Shown here: in pieces, positions 12,218 through 24,006 of the stretch
Numbering within the stretch: position 1 is the stretch's first letter
How the letters are laid out: every line of letters begins with the position of its first letter
Assembly (NCBI GenBank): GCA_043228905.1
Contig: JBHGNT010000001.1
Location: 26,350,001-26,414,000 of the forward strand
Reading direction: 5' to 3'
Origin: Azolla caroliniana
Taxonomy: Eukaryota; Plantae; Polypodiophyta
Length of the DNA stretch: 64,000 bases
Made by a program: the position numbers and the translations under genes
Notes under the pieces: model-generated
Database searches by the model: none
What the model saw: only the letters and a program-made list of their open reading frames with translations
Told to the model about the DNA's origin: nothing

Positions 12218-12854
12218 CGCGTGGATTCCGCAACCACGCAACGAAGTAGCGAAGAGCCGATCTACCGCGCAAAGCCGCGAAGAAAGCCGCAAGCCGAAGC
12301 ACAAACTTCGCAACTACGCACGCAAGCCGAAGCACAGACTTCGCAACTACGCACGCAAGCCGAAGCACAACACTGATTCCGTAACTCCGCATAAAGCGAG
12401 CCGACGCAGACTCCGGTACGCGAGTTGAAGCGGATTTCGGATACCGTCTGAAACCGACCCGACTTGAGCTTGAGGGGGCGTGTTGAGAATCAAGCTCAAA
12501 TTGTTCTAGTGTGTGAACTCACCTTGAGAGTGAAGAGACACTCCAATGGTCAAGAGTCACCATTATGTCACCACTTTGTATTCTAGCATTTAGTATGAGT
12601 CATAGAATCATATGCTATGTCACATAACTTATGAGCTTTCACATTCCCCATGCTCCATGAAGCTTGTAGTTAATGAAGAGAGAGGGTGACTACATAAAGC
12701 ACCCTCCTCCCACCTTGTATAAGGTTGAGTCTTTCTCCTTTGCTAATATACTTAACCTTGCGTATACTCTGTGTCTCTCTCTCCCTATCTCACACCCATT
12801 CCGAGAGTTCACACCCATTCCGCTTCACAAGAATCCATCTCTTGATTCTTTACA

Positions 12855-15364
12855 AATGGGAAGTCTTGAGCCATCCAATGGTCCCTACTCTAATAGATGG
12901 TTTACGGTGCCGAAGAAGCCATCGATAGTAGAGACATAACAACAATGAGGACGCCGATCGGGTTGGTAAGGATGTGCACCTTACCCCAAGGTGCAACAAA
13001 TTCCGTAGCCCACATGGTAAATGCCATGAATAAAGTGTTGAGGGATTGCATCCCCGATATCACAATGCCCTTCTTAGATGATATTCCAATCAAAGGATGC
13101 TTGGTGGAAGAAAAAGATGAATCGAAAGTTGAAGATGGCTGCCAAAGATTTGTCATCGATCATATAAAGGATAGCGAGAAGGTGTTGCAAAAGCTTGAGG
13201 ATGCGAATCTCATGTTTTCGGGAGAGAAGTCTGCATTCGGTCAACCAGAAATATTGGTAGTAGGACACTTATGTGGGTCTTATGGCCGGAAGCCATCTCC
13301 ATCCAAGGTGAACGCTATTCAAGAGATGAAAGAAGAATGTGTGTCTCAAATGGAGGTGCGTAGATTCTTGGGAGCATGCGCATTCTATCACATATGGATT
13401 CCACATTATGCCCATGTCGCTGAACCATTGTATGGACTATTAAAGAAAAGGAAGAAGTTCGAATGGGAAGATGAGCATACCTACGCGATTCGAAAGCTAA
13501 AGAAACTATTATTGGGAGCTCCAGCACTACACAAAGCCGACTACACCGATGGTACCCCGATATATGTGATGGTGGATATGAGCCCAACCGGAATTGGATG
13601 GGTGAAAAACCAAGAAGACAAAGAAAAGAATCGGTATGCAATCTGATTCGGTGCGAAGGTGTTAACCGAAAGATAAAGGAAGTATGCCAAGTACAGAGAG
13701 AGCTATGGGGAATAGTATCCGCGGTTAAAACTGATCGTGATTACCTTATAGGAACAGAGGTCATAATCGAAACTGATTGTCTACCTATTCTCGGAATGAT
13801 ATCCGGTTGTGCTACACCGGATATTGCTATGCTGCGATGGATTGCCTATATCAAGTCCCTCAACCCCGACATTCGGCATATAAATGGAAAGCATAATGTG
13901 GTGGCCGATATGTTGTCAAGGGGGAGGTATGAGGGTGAAGAAGATTTGCACTCCGACGAAGAGGATGTTGGCCTGAACTTCTTTACGGTTTCTTGTGCTC
14001 GGGTGCTAGTAGTGTTCAAAGTAGAAGATTATGAGGGTGAATTCATTGAAATTGGCAAATACTTAAGCTCTCTTACAAAAGATGAATCATGGTCAAAGGA
14101 AGACTTCTACCGAATTAGGAAGAAGGTCTACAAGTTCTTCCTCAAAGAAGGACATCTATGGATGTTTCCGAAGAAGAAGAATGGAACTCCACTTCGAGTG
14201 GTGTGCAAGAAATAGGATCAACAAACTCTAATTGTTGAATTTCATGATAGTGTGTGGGCAGGTCATCGTGGTATATGGGCAACATTTACAAAGCTCAAGG
14301 AAAAGTATTGGTGGCCGGGTGTTTACAAAGATGTAGCAAGCTATGTTGAAACATGTGAGCAATGCCAATTATACTCGAATATTCAACATAGGGATGAACT
14401 TCATCCGACATATCCATTGTCAATGCACTATAAGTGGTTGGTAGACATAGTGGTTATGCCAATGGGATTGGGGCAAATGAAACATCTCGTGCTAGCAAGA
14501 GAGGATCTCACCAACCAAGTAGAAGGACGGGAGCTAAGGAATAAAACAACTTCAGCGGTTTGTAAGTTTCTCCTTGAAGATGTTATTTGTCGATATGGAT
14601 GTGTTGGCAAAATAGTAGCCGATAGGGGAGAATTAGATGCGAATGAAGCTAAAGAGTTCTTTTCAAGAATATGCGTCAAATTATCGCTCACCATGGCGTA
14701 CAACTCGGACGCAAATGGGAAGGTGGAACGAGGACATTGTCCAATTGTAAAAGCTCTAGCAAAGGCTTGCGATGGCAAGATGGGAATTTGGCCACGATTA
14801 CTACCTTATGCATTGTGGGCAGATAGAACTACACATAGCACGACTACGGGATATATGCCCGCCGAACTCATATTAGGACAAAAACCAATAATGCCTATTG
14901 AGCAAAGTGTTGCTTTGTGGACGTCTTTGCCATGGCAAGAGGAAATGAGTCGGGAAGACTTGCTAGCCACGAGGATTCAACAATTAGAACGAAGGCCCGA
15001 AGATGTCGAGTTGGCAATAGAATGGTTGCGCCAGGCTCGATTGAAGAACAAGGAGAATTTTGATAGGAAGCATCGTCTTCGACAAAGAAAAATTGAAGAA
15101 GGAGATTGGGTTCTTGTCTATGATAGTAGTCTCGATAATCAATATAACACTGCTTGAAAGTTCGCAAAACGATGGTTTGGCCCGTATATGGTCAAGAAAA
15201 TAGAAAGCAATGCAACCTATTTTTTTGTGGAGTTAGATGGAACTCGACTTGCTTTGCCGATAGCAGGGAAGAGGATCAAGATCTTTAAGAGAAGAGAAGC
15301 TCCAAATCTTGAGATCGAAGATCTAGATGATGTATCCTCGAACATCGAGGTTGAAGAAGAGTAA
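12855..15364 (+). pseudogene. Gypsy-B RT-RNase H-integrase, degraded, with an internal RT deletion near 12919
   Basis: ORFs 12897-13646, 13598-14215 and 14252-15157. The segment between FTVPKK and AIDSRDIT that is present in Gypsy-9 is missing. Confidence 0.88.
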
Positions 15365-15430
15365 TTAAAAAAGAGGAACCTCACCACAATTGGCACATAC
15401 CGGTGGATGTGCAGGTTTGGTGGGGGTGAA

Positions 15431-16961
15431 TGTCATGTGGTTTTTCACACACGATATGAAAACTAATAAAATAATTATTTATGATTAGCTTAATATATGG
15501 ATATGGGAAGATAGATGTGTTCAAGAGCTTTATAGCGTATTTTACTACGCATAAAACGGATAAACAAATATCAAGTTATGTGAGTGTGAAGTTTGAAGAA
15601 AAGAAAAGAAAAGACAAAACTGTGAGATATCCCACATAGATAGGACAACATTGGAACCCAGAATATATAAGGGAAACCAAAACATATTTATTCTATCAAT
15701 GTGTGGAGCATAGAATGTTTAAGGTGACTTGGGCTACACTATATGGTGTGTATGCTTCGGGCGTACGCGCGTGTGCATAGTTGCATGGACGTTTTCAGAC
15801 GTATGCGCATGGACTTCTTCGGATGAACGCGCGTGCAAGTTTCGGGCGTACGCGCGTGTGCATAGTTGCATGGACGTTTTCAGACGTATGCGCGCATGGA
15901 CTTCTTCGGATGAACGCGCGTGCAAGTTTCGGGCGTACGCATGGACGTTTCAGATGGATGCGTATGTGCGGATGAGCGCGCGGACGCGTGTGTGGGCACG
16001 CGCGCATGCGTGGATGCGTACACTACGGCGCAATCAAGAATTTTGCGCGCGGATGCGTACACGACATACGCGCGCATGGACGTCTTCGGATGTATGCACG
16101 TGTGCAAGTTTCGGGCGTATGCGTGGACGTTTCGGACGGACGCGTATGTGCGGACGAGCGCGCGGACGCGTTGATGCGTACACTACGGTGCGGTCGAGAA
16201 TTTTGCGCGCGGATGCGTACACGGTGCGGGTTGGACGTGTGCGCGCGTGGATGCGTACACTATTGCGCGGTCGGGACTTTTGCGCGCGGACACGTCTACG
16301 GTTTGGTTGCGACACATGTACGGATTGTGCACGGGCTAAACTTTATGGATGTTTGTGTCATTTGGCCGAATTGTACGGACAATCGCATGCAACCAAAAGC
16401 CAAGGCCATGCAACTAAAAGTAAAAGGCATGCATCTAAAAATGGAAGCATGCAACTAAAAGCAAAGGCCATGCAACTAAAAATAGAGGCCATCCAACTAA
16501 AAGTGGGCATGCAAAGTAACATTGGGAAGGAGGATCAACGAGGAGCTTGATATATGTCCCATTTTTTCCCTCCTAGTTTTTTCTTTTCCCCTTTTTTTCT
16601 TCTTCCCTCTCGGATTCGAGAAACAAATTATCTCACATATTGATATCAAACTCCTGGCTTTGTTTACTTGATCTTTCTTGTCAAAAATTATCTCTGGTAT
16701 TCATATCGGACCACTCCTTGCATGGTTGTTGGCTCCTTTCTTTGAAAAATTAATCTCTCATTTCCATACCCAACCCATTGTTACACGATTCTGAAATTAC
16801 AAAGAATCGATTTTCTTTTGCATTAAACTAATGATTTGTCTCTCTCACTTGTCTTATGCTTAAAACTTGCTTGTGTTGTACATGTTGCTCTAAATCCTTC
16901 TAGTCTAGAACCCCGACGGTTCCGTCTCACGATCCGCACATAGTGATGGATTTTCACGACA
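15431..16961 (+). repeat. long (about 1.53 kb) 3' LTR of Gypsy-B
   Basis: Starts tgtcatg immediately after the PPT and ends cacgaca, where copia sequence resumes. The partner LTR is not in the window. Confidence 0.7.
15745..16505. repeat. CpG-rich degenerate tandem repeats (cgcgcgtg/catggacg units) followed by catgcaactaaaa repeats, inside the Gypsy-B LTR
   Basis: Repeated units visible directly; they generate the R/A/C-rich spurious ORFs. Confidence 0.85.
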
Positions 16962-18752
16962 GCGTGGATATACCCGATGAAGAAGAAGAGAGAAGTGCTC
17001 CGCAAGCAAAGGCCTCCTTGACATAATCCACTCGGACGTATGGGGACCGGCTCAAACACCGACGCTCAGCGGATGCCGCTACTATGTCACCTTCATCGAC
17101 GACCACTCGCGCTACGCGTGGATATACCCGATGAAGAAGAAGAGAGAAGTGCTCTCCCACTTTTAAAGGCTCAAAAGCCAAGTGGAGAAAGAAACCGGTC
17201 GGCACATTCGATGCCTACGATCGGACGGAGGAAAGGAGTACTTCTCTGACGAGTTCACCTCCTACCTCCAAGGTGAAGGCATTCGTAGAGAATTCTCATG
17301 CCGACACACTCCCCAACAAAATGGAGTCGCCGAAAGGAAGAATCGGCAAATACTTGAGGTAGCACGCACCATGATGCATGAGAAGCACATGCCGAATTTC
17401 TATTGAGCCGAAGCGGCATCCACGGCCGTCTATCTCATGAACCGGTGCACCACCAATGGAGTCCATGAGCTAACTCCATACGAGCTCCTCGTCGGATGGA
17501 AGCCTATCCTCTCGCACCTCAAGGTGTTCGGAAGCATTGCGAATGTACGCATCCCGAACGAAAGTCGAGAGAAGGCCGACGCGAAGTCGGAAGAATGTAT
17601 CCTCATAGGATATTTGTCCGTGAAAAAGGCGTACAAGTGCTTCAACCCTTCGACCCGAGTGGTGCGGATAAGTCGCGACGTCGTTTTCGACGAATTGGCA
17701 TCTTGGTATAAGCCCGATGCGACTCCATCCGACCCGATCGAGGAAGAGTTGAATGCCAACTCGGATGACGAAATTTGACCAAGTCCTCCACCGAAGGACA
17801 ATCCAAGCTCTACTGAGCTAATTGGCTCACAAGAGCCTCCACGCGATGAAAACACGTCGCAGCCAAGTCCGACATCGGACAAAGGCAAAGGTAAGATGCC
17901 CAAATACAAAGTCGAGGTCCACCTCGACGACCGTGATTCGGATGATTTGGCTCGCTCACTAGACAGTGAGTTCGGTGTACCCATCATGAGGACACCCGGA
18001 ATAAAGAAGGCGCTCACATCGACAAACGAGAAACTCCGCCGCTCATCACGAGCGAAGACCCAAGTCACTCGTTACGCCTACAACGAGTATCTGGCCCATC
18101 ACTATGCCCTTGCGATGAAGGTAGTGGCCGAACAAGAGCCCGAGGATCCAAGCCTTCTTCACAGGCTTGAGGGGGAGAATAAGTTGCGGAGAGCCGCGCA
18201 ACGAAGCTGCGAAGACGCGAAGAAAGCTGCACCGATGCCGACGAAGCCGAAGGAAGCTAAACCGGATGTTGGACGCCTCACACTTGAGCTTGAGGGGGCG
18301 TGTTGAGATATCAAGCTCAACTAGTTTAATCTAGTTAGTCAACACATGTAACTTAGTAGTTACCTAGATCGAATCTAGTTAATGTGTTGACCTTAAGCCT
18401 TTAAATAGGACCTTGTACTTAAGTGGGATATTCTAGATCCTCCACTCCTTAATACATTTAATGTAGGACTTACACATAAGTACCTATGTTCTACCCACAC
18501 ATGTGCACCCTTGCACATGGGTTGTATATATACCTCATTGTGGGTATTTTTGTATGTGATGACACTTTTCAATATAGTCAATCATCCCCCATTTATCTTC
18601 ATGTTCATAAGTGTAACTTCCTCTCTCTCTCTCTCTCTCTCTCTCTTCCTCTCACACACTCTCACGTGCATATCATACTAATCTTCCGCTGCTTAACGTA
18701 ACCATATAATTAGTCTCTAATTAACCCTGGTTAATTACCTAATTACTTAACA
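16962..18752 (+). mobile_element. 3' half of Ty1/copia element 'Copia-3', lacking RT and RNase H
   Basis: Integrase core similar to Copia-2, then EQEPE jumps directly to the cttgaggggg end-of-pol motif. PPT at about 18291-18300 and 3' LTR 18301-18752. Confidence 0.88.
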
Positions 18753-21194
18753 CCTGTCATAGAAACATTCTTCAGGAGATACATGTACTCCAAATGTTAT
18801 GCATCTATTTAGAATATAGTTTGTTGTGTTTATAGCTTCAGCCTAGTAATAAAATGGCATATTTTTTTCAGTCATCAAGGCTCTTCCTATGTTTACCAAA
18901 GTTTAGGTTTTCCTCTTAGCCACTCCATTTTGCTGTGGAGTATATCTACATGTGAACTGTCTCCTTATTCCTTGATTGCGTAGAAAATCAGAGAATTCAT
19001 ATGGGAAGTATTCTCCTTCTCCATCACACCTTAAACATTTTATTCTAGTTCCAACCTGCTTTTCTACCATGCATTTGAACTTACAAAAACACTCAAATAC
19101 TTCACTCTTCTCTTTCATGAAGTAAACCCATGCTTTCCATGAGCAATCATCAATGAATGTTACATAAAACTTGCAACCACCAATTGAGGCATTTTTTGTA
19201 GGTCCCATACATCTGTATGTACCAAATCCAATAGGTTTTTGCTTATATGTCCTTCATGAGGGAAAGGCAACCTGTTTTTCTTTCCATATTGACATGCTTC
19301 ACATATTTTGCTCATCTCACAATCTTTCAACTTCGGCAGTCCAGCCACTACATTTTTTCTCAACATATTTTGCAAGGTTTGCATACTTATGTGTCCTATT
19401 CATTTATGTCACATATGAGATTACATTCATTCCTTCTGCAAGCATGGTTGTAATCTTTTTAGGCATATCCACATCTAAAAGAAACATTCTTCCTGGGCGT
19501 TTTCCATTTGCAATAAGCTTTCCATGTTTTAGGCATATCCACCCACTTTACTTGCATTCCTGGCTCTACTATCTGTCCAACAGAAATCAGGTTTTTGCAA
19601 GATTTGGAACATGCATAACATTCAACATATACTTTGTTTTTCCTCTTTCTTCCCACAATGGAATATCTCCAACATGCTCGATTGTATGAGTAGTATTATC
19701 ACATGTTTGTACATAACTAGGAATCTTTGGTTCTCTTAAACTTTCAAACCAGCTTGCATGTCCGGTCATATGATTAGATGCCCTAGAATCTACATACCAC
19801 ATATAATATTCATTAGATCTATCTGAACTTTCAGCCATTGTTGTTGTCTCATGTTTCATAAGAAAAGCACCCTCTTTGTCACCGTTTTCACTAGTTGAAG
19901 CATAGTTATTTTATTGTCTCTTCCCACTTTTTTCATCATTTTGCTTTTTATAACATTCAGCCTGTGTATGGCCTAGTTTTCCACAATACCAACAACCATC
20001 ATCACTCAAAAAACTTTTCTTAGCTCTGCCTCGATTGTTCCCCTGCCTTTGATGTTATTTCTTCCACTTATTGTGTGTTGTCCTCTTCCTTAATAATTAT
20101 TATCGGTTCTAGTTTCTTTCTTCCACTACAAGCATTGAAACCAGATCTACAAAACTTGGGATACTATCCCTTGTGAGGATGGAAGTTTTGAAGCTTTTAT
20201 ATTGCAGTCCTAAGCCTATTAAGCATACTTCTACTTTATCATCATCTTCTACCTTCACATTAATAGAAGCAAGTGATTCACATATGCTCTTTATTTTCAG
20301 AGCATACTCATTGACGAACATCTTACCTTTTTCCAAGGTATTTAGTTCAGTCTTGAACTAAAGTTTTCTTGCCTTTATATTTACTTCAAACAGTTTCGCC
20401 AAACTATCCCAAGCTTATTTTGGAAGCAAAGCATCTTGTATATGTCCAAGCATTGAATCTGAGATGCTAAGTGACAGCCAATGCAATACTTTTCTTGCCC
20501 CTTGATTCCAACCTTTAAATGCTTTGATTTGTGCAACAGTTGTATTTTCTTCAAGGATCTCTGGAGCCTCTTCTAGGTCTCCTTCAATGTAATCCCAATA
20601 TCCTTTTCCCATCAGGAAATTTGTCATTCTGAATTTCCACGTTGGGAAATTGTTTTTATCTAGTTTTTCTATGACTATTTGGCTTCCATTTTCAACAACC
20701 ATCTCTCTTCCAATTTAGGGCTTTAGCTACGATTAACTTCAACAAGCAGTTCTCTGATTTAGATAAGCAACCAGAGAAATCTTCTTAGATCTGTACATTC
20801 TATTCTTCTTTACTAGCAATTGCGCTCTGATACCATGTTAAGAAAGTGTTACAGTTCTTCTTTGTGCAACAACGGATCCTGATGTGCAGGATCGTTTAGG
20901 TTTCAAGGAAGAGAGAAAGGGGGAAGGAGACTCACCTCTGTAGTAGCCCAAAACGTTCTTTTTCATTACTTAGAGAAAAAACCTCTCTCGTTTGTTTTCT
21001 TACTTCACTCTCCTACTCACTCTTACTTTTTACCTAAGTATATAAGTGACTTACATATTCAGCTAATTAGTTGTGAGTAGCTAAATAGTTGTTTTACCTA
21101 TATATGTAATAGTAGCTAATTTCCTAATAGCTACTATAGAATATCTCAATTACCAATACGCATCATATTCTTTTGTTGAGATTCTTTCTTAACA
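18753..21194 (-). mobile_element. 5' half of an old, AT-rich Ty1/copia element 'Copia-4'
   Basis: 5' LTR 20836-21194 with an 11-bp terminal inverted repeat (tgttaagaaag/ctttcttaaca). PBS TGGTATCAGAGC at 20824-20835. gag from ATG 20702 (EKLDKNNF), protease WYVDS and integrase pieces. Cut at 18753 by Copia-3. Confidence 0.9.
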
Positions 21195-21399
21195 CTAACT
21201 GGTAGAAAATGGAACCCATGGGATTAAGGCAAGTTATTGTATTCTATATACAATGTCCTAACTACTAGACCATGGAACCCACAAAACGTCAACTTTTAGA
21301 GTTCCATCAACACGCTCTTATTTCTCTCTTGAATCTATAGGAATGCCAACCAAGGTTCAAATAGGACCTAGTGGATAAACCAATGCAAATCTGAAATTG

Positions 21400-21471
21400 A
21401 GGTTCCACAGAGACTTGAACTCGGGTTACTGGATTCAGAGTCCAATGTCCTAACCGCTAGACCATGGAACC
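21400..21471 (-). tRNA. tRNA-Gln(CTG) array copy with one T-stem mismatch
   Basis: 72 nt, differing from the perfect copy only by CTCTG instead of CTCGG in the T-stem. Confidence 0.6.
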
Positions 21472-22312
21472 CACAAGCGTCAACTTTAAATTGAGTTCCA
21501 TCATATGGAACACACTCTTATTTCTCTCTTGAATCTATAAGAATGCCACCCAAAGTTCAAATAGGACCTAAGGGATACAACATTGCAAAGCTAAAATAAA
21601 GGTTCCACCGAGACTTGAACTCAGGTTACTGGATTCAGAGTCCAATGTCCTAACCGCTAGACCATGGAAGCCACAAACGTCAATTTTAATAGTTCCATCA
21701 TATGCAACACACTCTTATTTATCTCTTGAATCTATAGGAATGCCAACCAAGGTTCAAATAGGACCTAGGGGATACACCATTCCAAAGTTGAAATTGACGT
21801 TCCACCGAGACTTGAACTTGGGTTAGTGGATTCAGAGTCCAATGTCCTAACTGTTAGACCATGGAACCCATGCAATTAAAGAGAGTTATTGGAATCTGTA
21901 TACAATGTCCTAAATGACCATGGAACCCACAAGCGTCAACTTTAAGAGTTCCATCATATGCAACACGCTCTTATTTATCTCTTGAATCTACAGGAATGCC
22001 AACCAAGGTTCAAATAGGAAGTAGGGGATACAACACTGCAAAGATCAAATTGAGGTTTCACCGAGGCTTGAACTCGGGTTACTAGATTCAGAGTCCAATG
22101 TCTTAACCGCTAGACCATGGAACCCATGGGATTAAAGAAGGTTATTGTATTCTATATACAATGTCCTTACTGCTAAACCATGGAATCCACAAGCGTCAAC
22201 TTTAAGAGTTCCATCATATGCAACAAGCTTTTACTTCTCTCTTGAATCTAGAGGAATGCCAACAAAGGTTCAAATAGGACCTAGGGGATACAACATTGAA
22301 AAGCCGAAATTG

Positions 22313-22384
22313 AGGTTCCACCGAGACTTGAACTCGGGTTATTGGATTCAAAGTCCAATGTCCTAACCACTAGACCATGGAACC
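22313..22384 (-). tRNA. tRNA-Gln(TTG) array copy with intact cloverleaf
   Basis: GGTTCCATGGTCTAGTGGTTAGGACATTGGACTTTGAATCCAATAACCCGAGTTCAAGTCTCGGTGGAACCT. Acceptor, anticodon and T stems pair; anticodon TTG. Confidence 0.75.
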
Positions 22385-22765
22385 CATGGGATTAAGGTAA
22401 TTGGATTATGTATACATTGTCCTAACTACTAGAGCATGGAACCTACAAGTGACAACTTTAAGAGTTCCATCATATGCAACACACTCTTATTTCTCTCTTG
22501 AATCTATAGGAATGCCAACCAGGGTTCAAATAGGACCTAGGGGATACAACATTGCAAAGCTAAAATTAAGATTCCACCAAGACTTGAACTCAGGTTACTG
22601 GATTCAGAGTCGAATGTCCTAACCGCTAGACCATGGATCCCACAAGCGTCAACTTTAAGAGTTCCACCATATGCAACATGGTCTTATTTCTCTCTTGAAT
22701 CTATAGGAATGCCAACCAAGGTTGAGATAGGACCTAGGGGATACAACATTGCAAAGCTGAAAGTG

Positions 22766-22837
22766 AGGTTCCACCGAGACTTGAACTCGGGTTACTGGAT
22801 TCAGAGTCCAATGTCCTAACCGCTAGACCATGGAACC
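22766..22837 (-). tRNA. tRNA-Gln(CTG) array copy with intact cloverleaf
   Basis: GGTTCCATGGTCTAGCGGTTAGGACATTGGACTCTGAATCCAGTAACCCGAGTTCAAGTCTCGGTGGAACCT. Matches the array consensus and the typical plant tRNA-Gln(CTG). Confidence 0.85.
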
Positions 22838-23427
22838 CATGGAATTAAGGAAAGTTATTGTATTCTAATTTTGACACCATGGGACCCACAAGCGTCAATT
22901 TTAAGAGTTTCATCATATGCAATACACTCTTATTTGTCTCTTGAGTCTATAGGAATGCCAACCAAGGTTCAAATAGGACCTAGGGGATAACATTGAAGAG
23001 CTAAAACTTGAACTCGGGTTACTGGATTCAGAGTCCAATGTTCGAACCGCTAGACCATGGAACCCATGGGATAAAGGAAAGTTATTGGATTACAATGTCC
23101 TAATTGTGCGACCATGGAACCCACAAGCGTCAACTTTAAGAGTTCCATCATATGCAACACGCTCTTATTTCTCTCTTGAATCTATAGGAATGCAACCCAA
23201 GGTTCAAATAGGACCTAGGGGATACAACATTGCAAAGCTGAAATTGAGGTTCCACGGAGACTTGAACTTGGGTTACTAGATTCAGAGTTCAATGTCCTAA
23301 CCACTAGACCATGGAACCCACAAGCATCAAGTTTAAGAGACTCTCTTATTTCTCTCTTGAATCTATAGGAATGCCAACCAAGGTTGAAATAGGACCTAGG
23401 GGATACAACATTGCAAAGCTGAAAGTG

Positions 23428-23499
23428 AGGTTCCACCGAGACTTGAACTCAGGTTACTGGATTCAGAGTCCAATGTCCTAACCACTAGACCATGGAACC
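23428..23499 (-). tRNA. tRNA-Gln(CTG) array copy, near intact (T-stem G:U)
   Basis: 72 nt with intact acceptor and anticodon arms; CCTGAG in place of CCCGAG. Confidence 0.7.
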
Positions 23500-23934
23500 C
23501 ATGGGATTAAGGCAAGTTATTGTTTTCTAATTGTGACATCATGGAACCCACAAGCGTCAATTTTAAGAGTTCCATCATATGCAATACGCTCTTATTTCTC
23601 TCTTGAATCTATAGGAATGCCAACCAAGGTTCAAATAGGACCTAGGGGATAACATTGCAAAGCTAAAAATGAGGATCCAACGAGACTTGAACTCGGGTTA
23701 CTGGATTCAAAGTCCAATGTCCGAACCGCTAGACCATGGAACCCATGCTAGGATAAAGGAAAGTTATTGAATTCTATATACAATGTCCTAACTACGCGAC
23801 CATGGAACCCACAAGCGTAAACTTTAAGAGTTCCATCATATGCAACACGCTCTTATTTCTCTCTTGAATTTATAGGAATGCAACCCAAGGTTCAAATAGG
23901 ACCTAGGGGATACAACATTGCAAAGCTGAAATTG

Positions 23935-24006
23935 AGGTTCCATCTAGACTTGAACTCGGGTTACTGGATTTAGAGTCCAATGTCCTCACCACTAAACCAT
24001 GGAACC
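23935..24006 (-). pseudogene. tRNA-Gln-derived copy with CTA (amber) anticodon and damaged T-stem
   Basis: Plus strand ggatttagagtcc gives GGACT-CTA-AATCC on the minus strand; 3' T-stem is CTAGA instead of CTCGG. Confidence 0.75.

Larger units (their letters stand above)
7411..12854 (+). mobile_element. full-length Ty1/copia element 'Copia-2'
   Basis: LTRs 7411-7796 and 12481-12854 are highly similar. PBS tggtattagagc at 7797-7808, PPT gagggggcg before 12481, TSD gatgg/aatgg. Confidence 0.95.
6827..16961 (+). mobile_element. Ty3/gypsy non-chromovirus element 'Gypsy-B' (5'-truncated, interrupted by Copia-2)
   Basis: Pre-RT (KYKTVDKKIKPV), RT (FLDD), RNase H and integrase ORF pieces are homologous to Gypsy-9. 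PPT ggtttggtggggg at about 15414-15426 and 3' LTR 15431-16961. The reading frame rejoins across the Copia-2 insertion (EKVRMG|SLEPSNGPYSNRWF). Confidence 0.88.

Noticed and set aside
15729-16550. 273-aa R/A/C-rich ORF
   Set aside because: It is a translation of tandem repeats inside an LTR.
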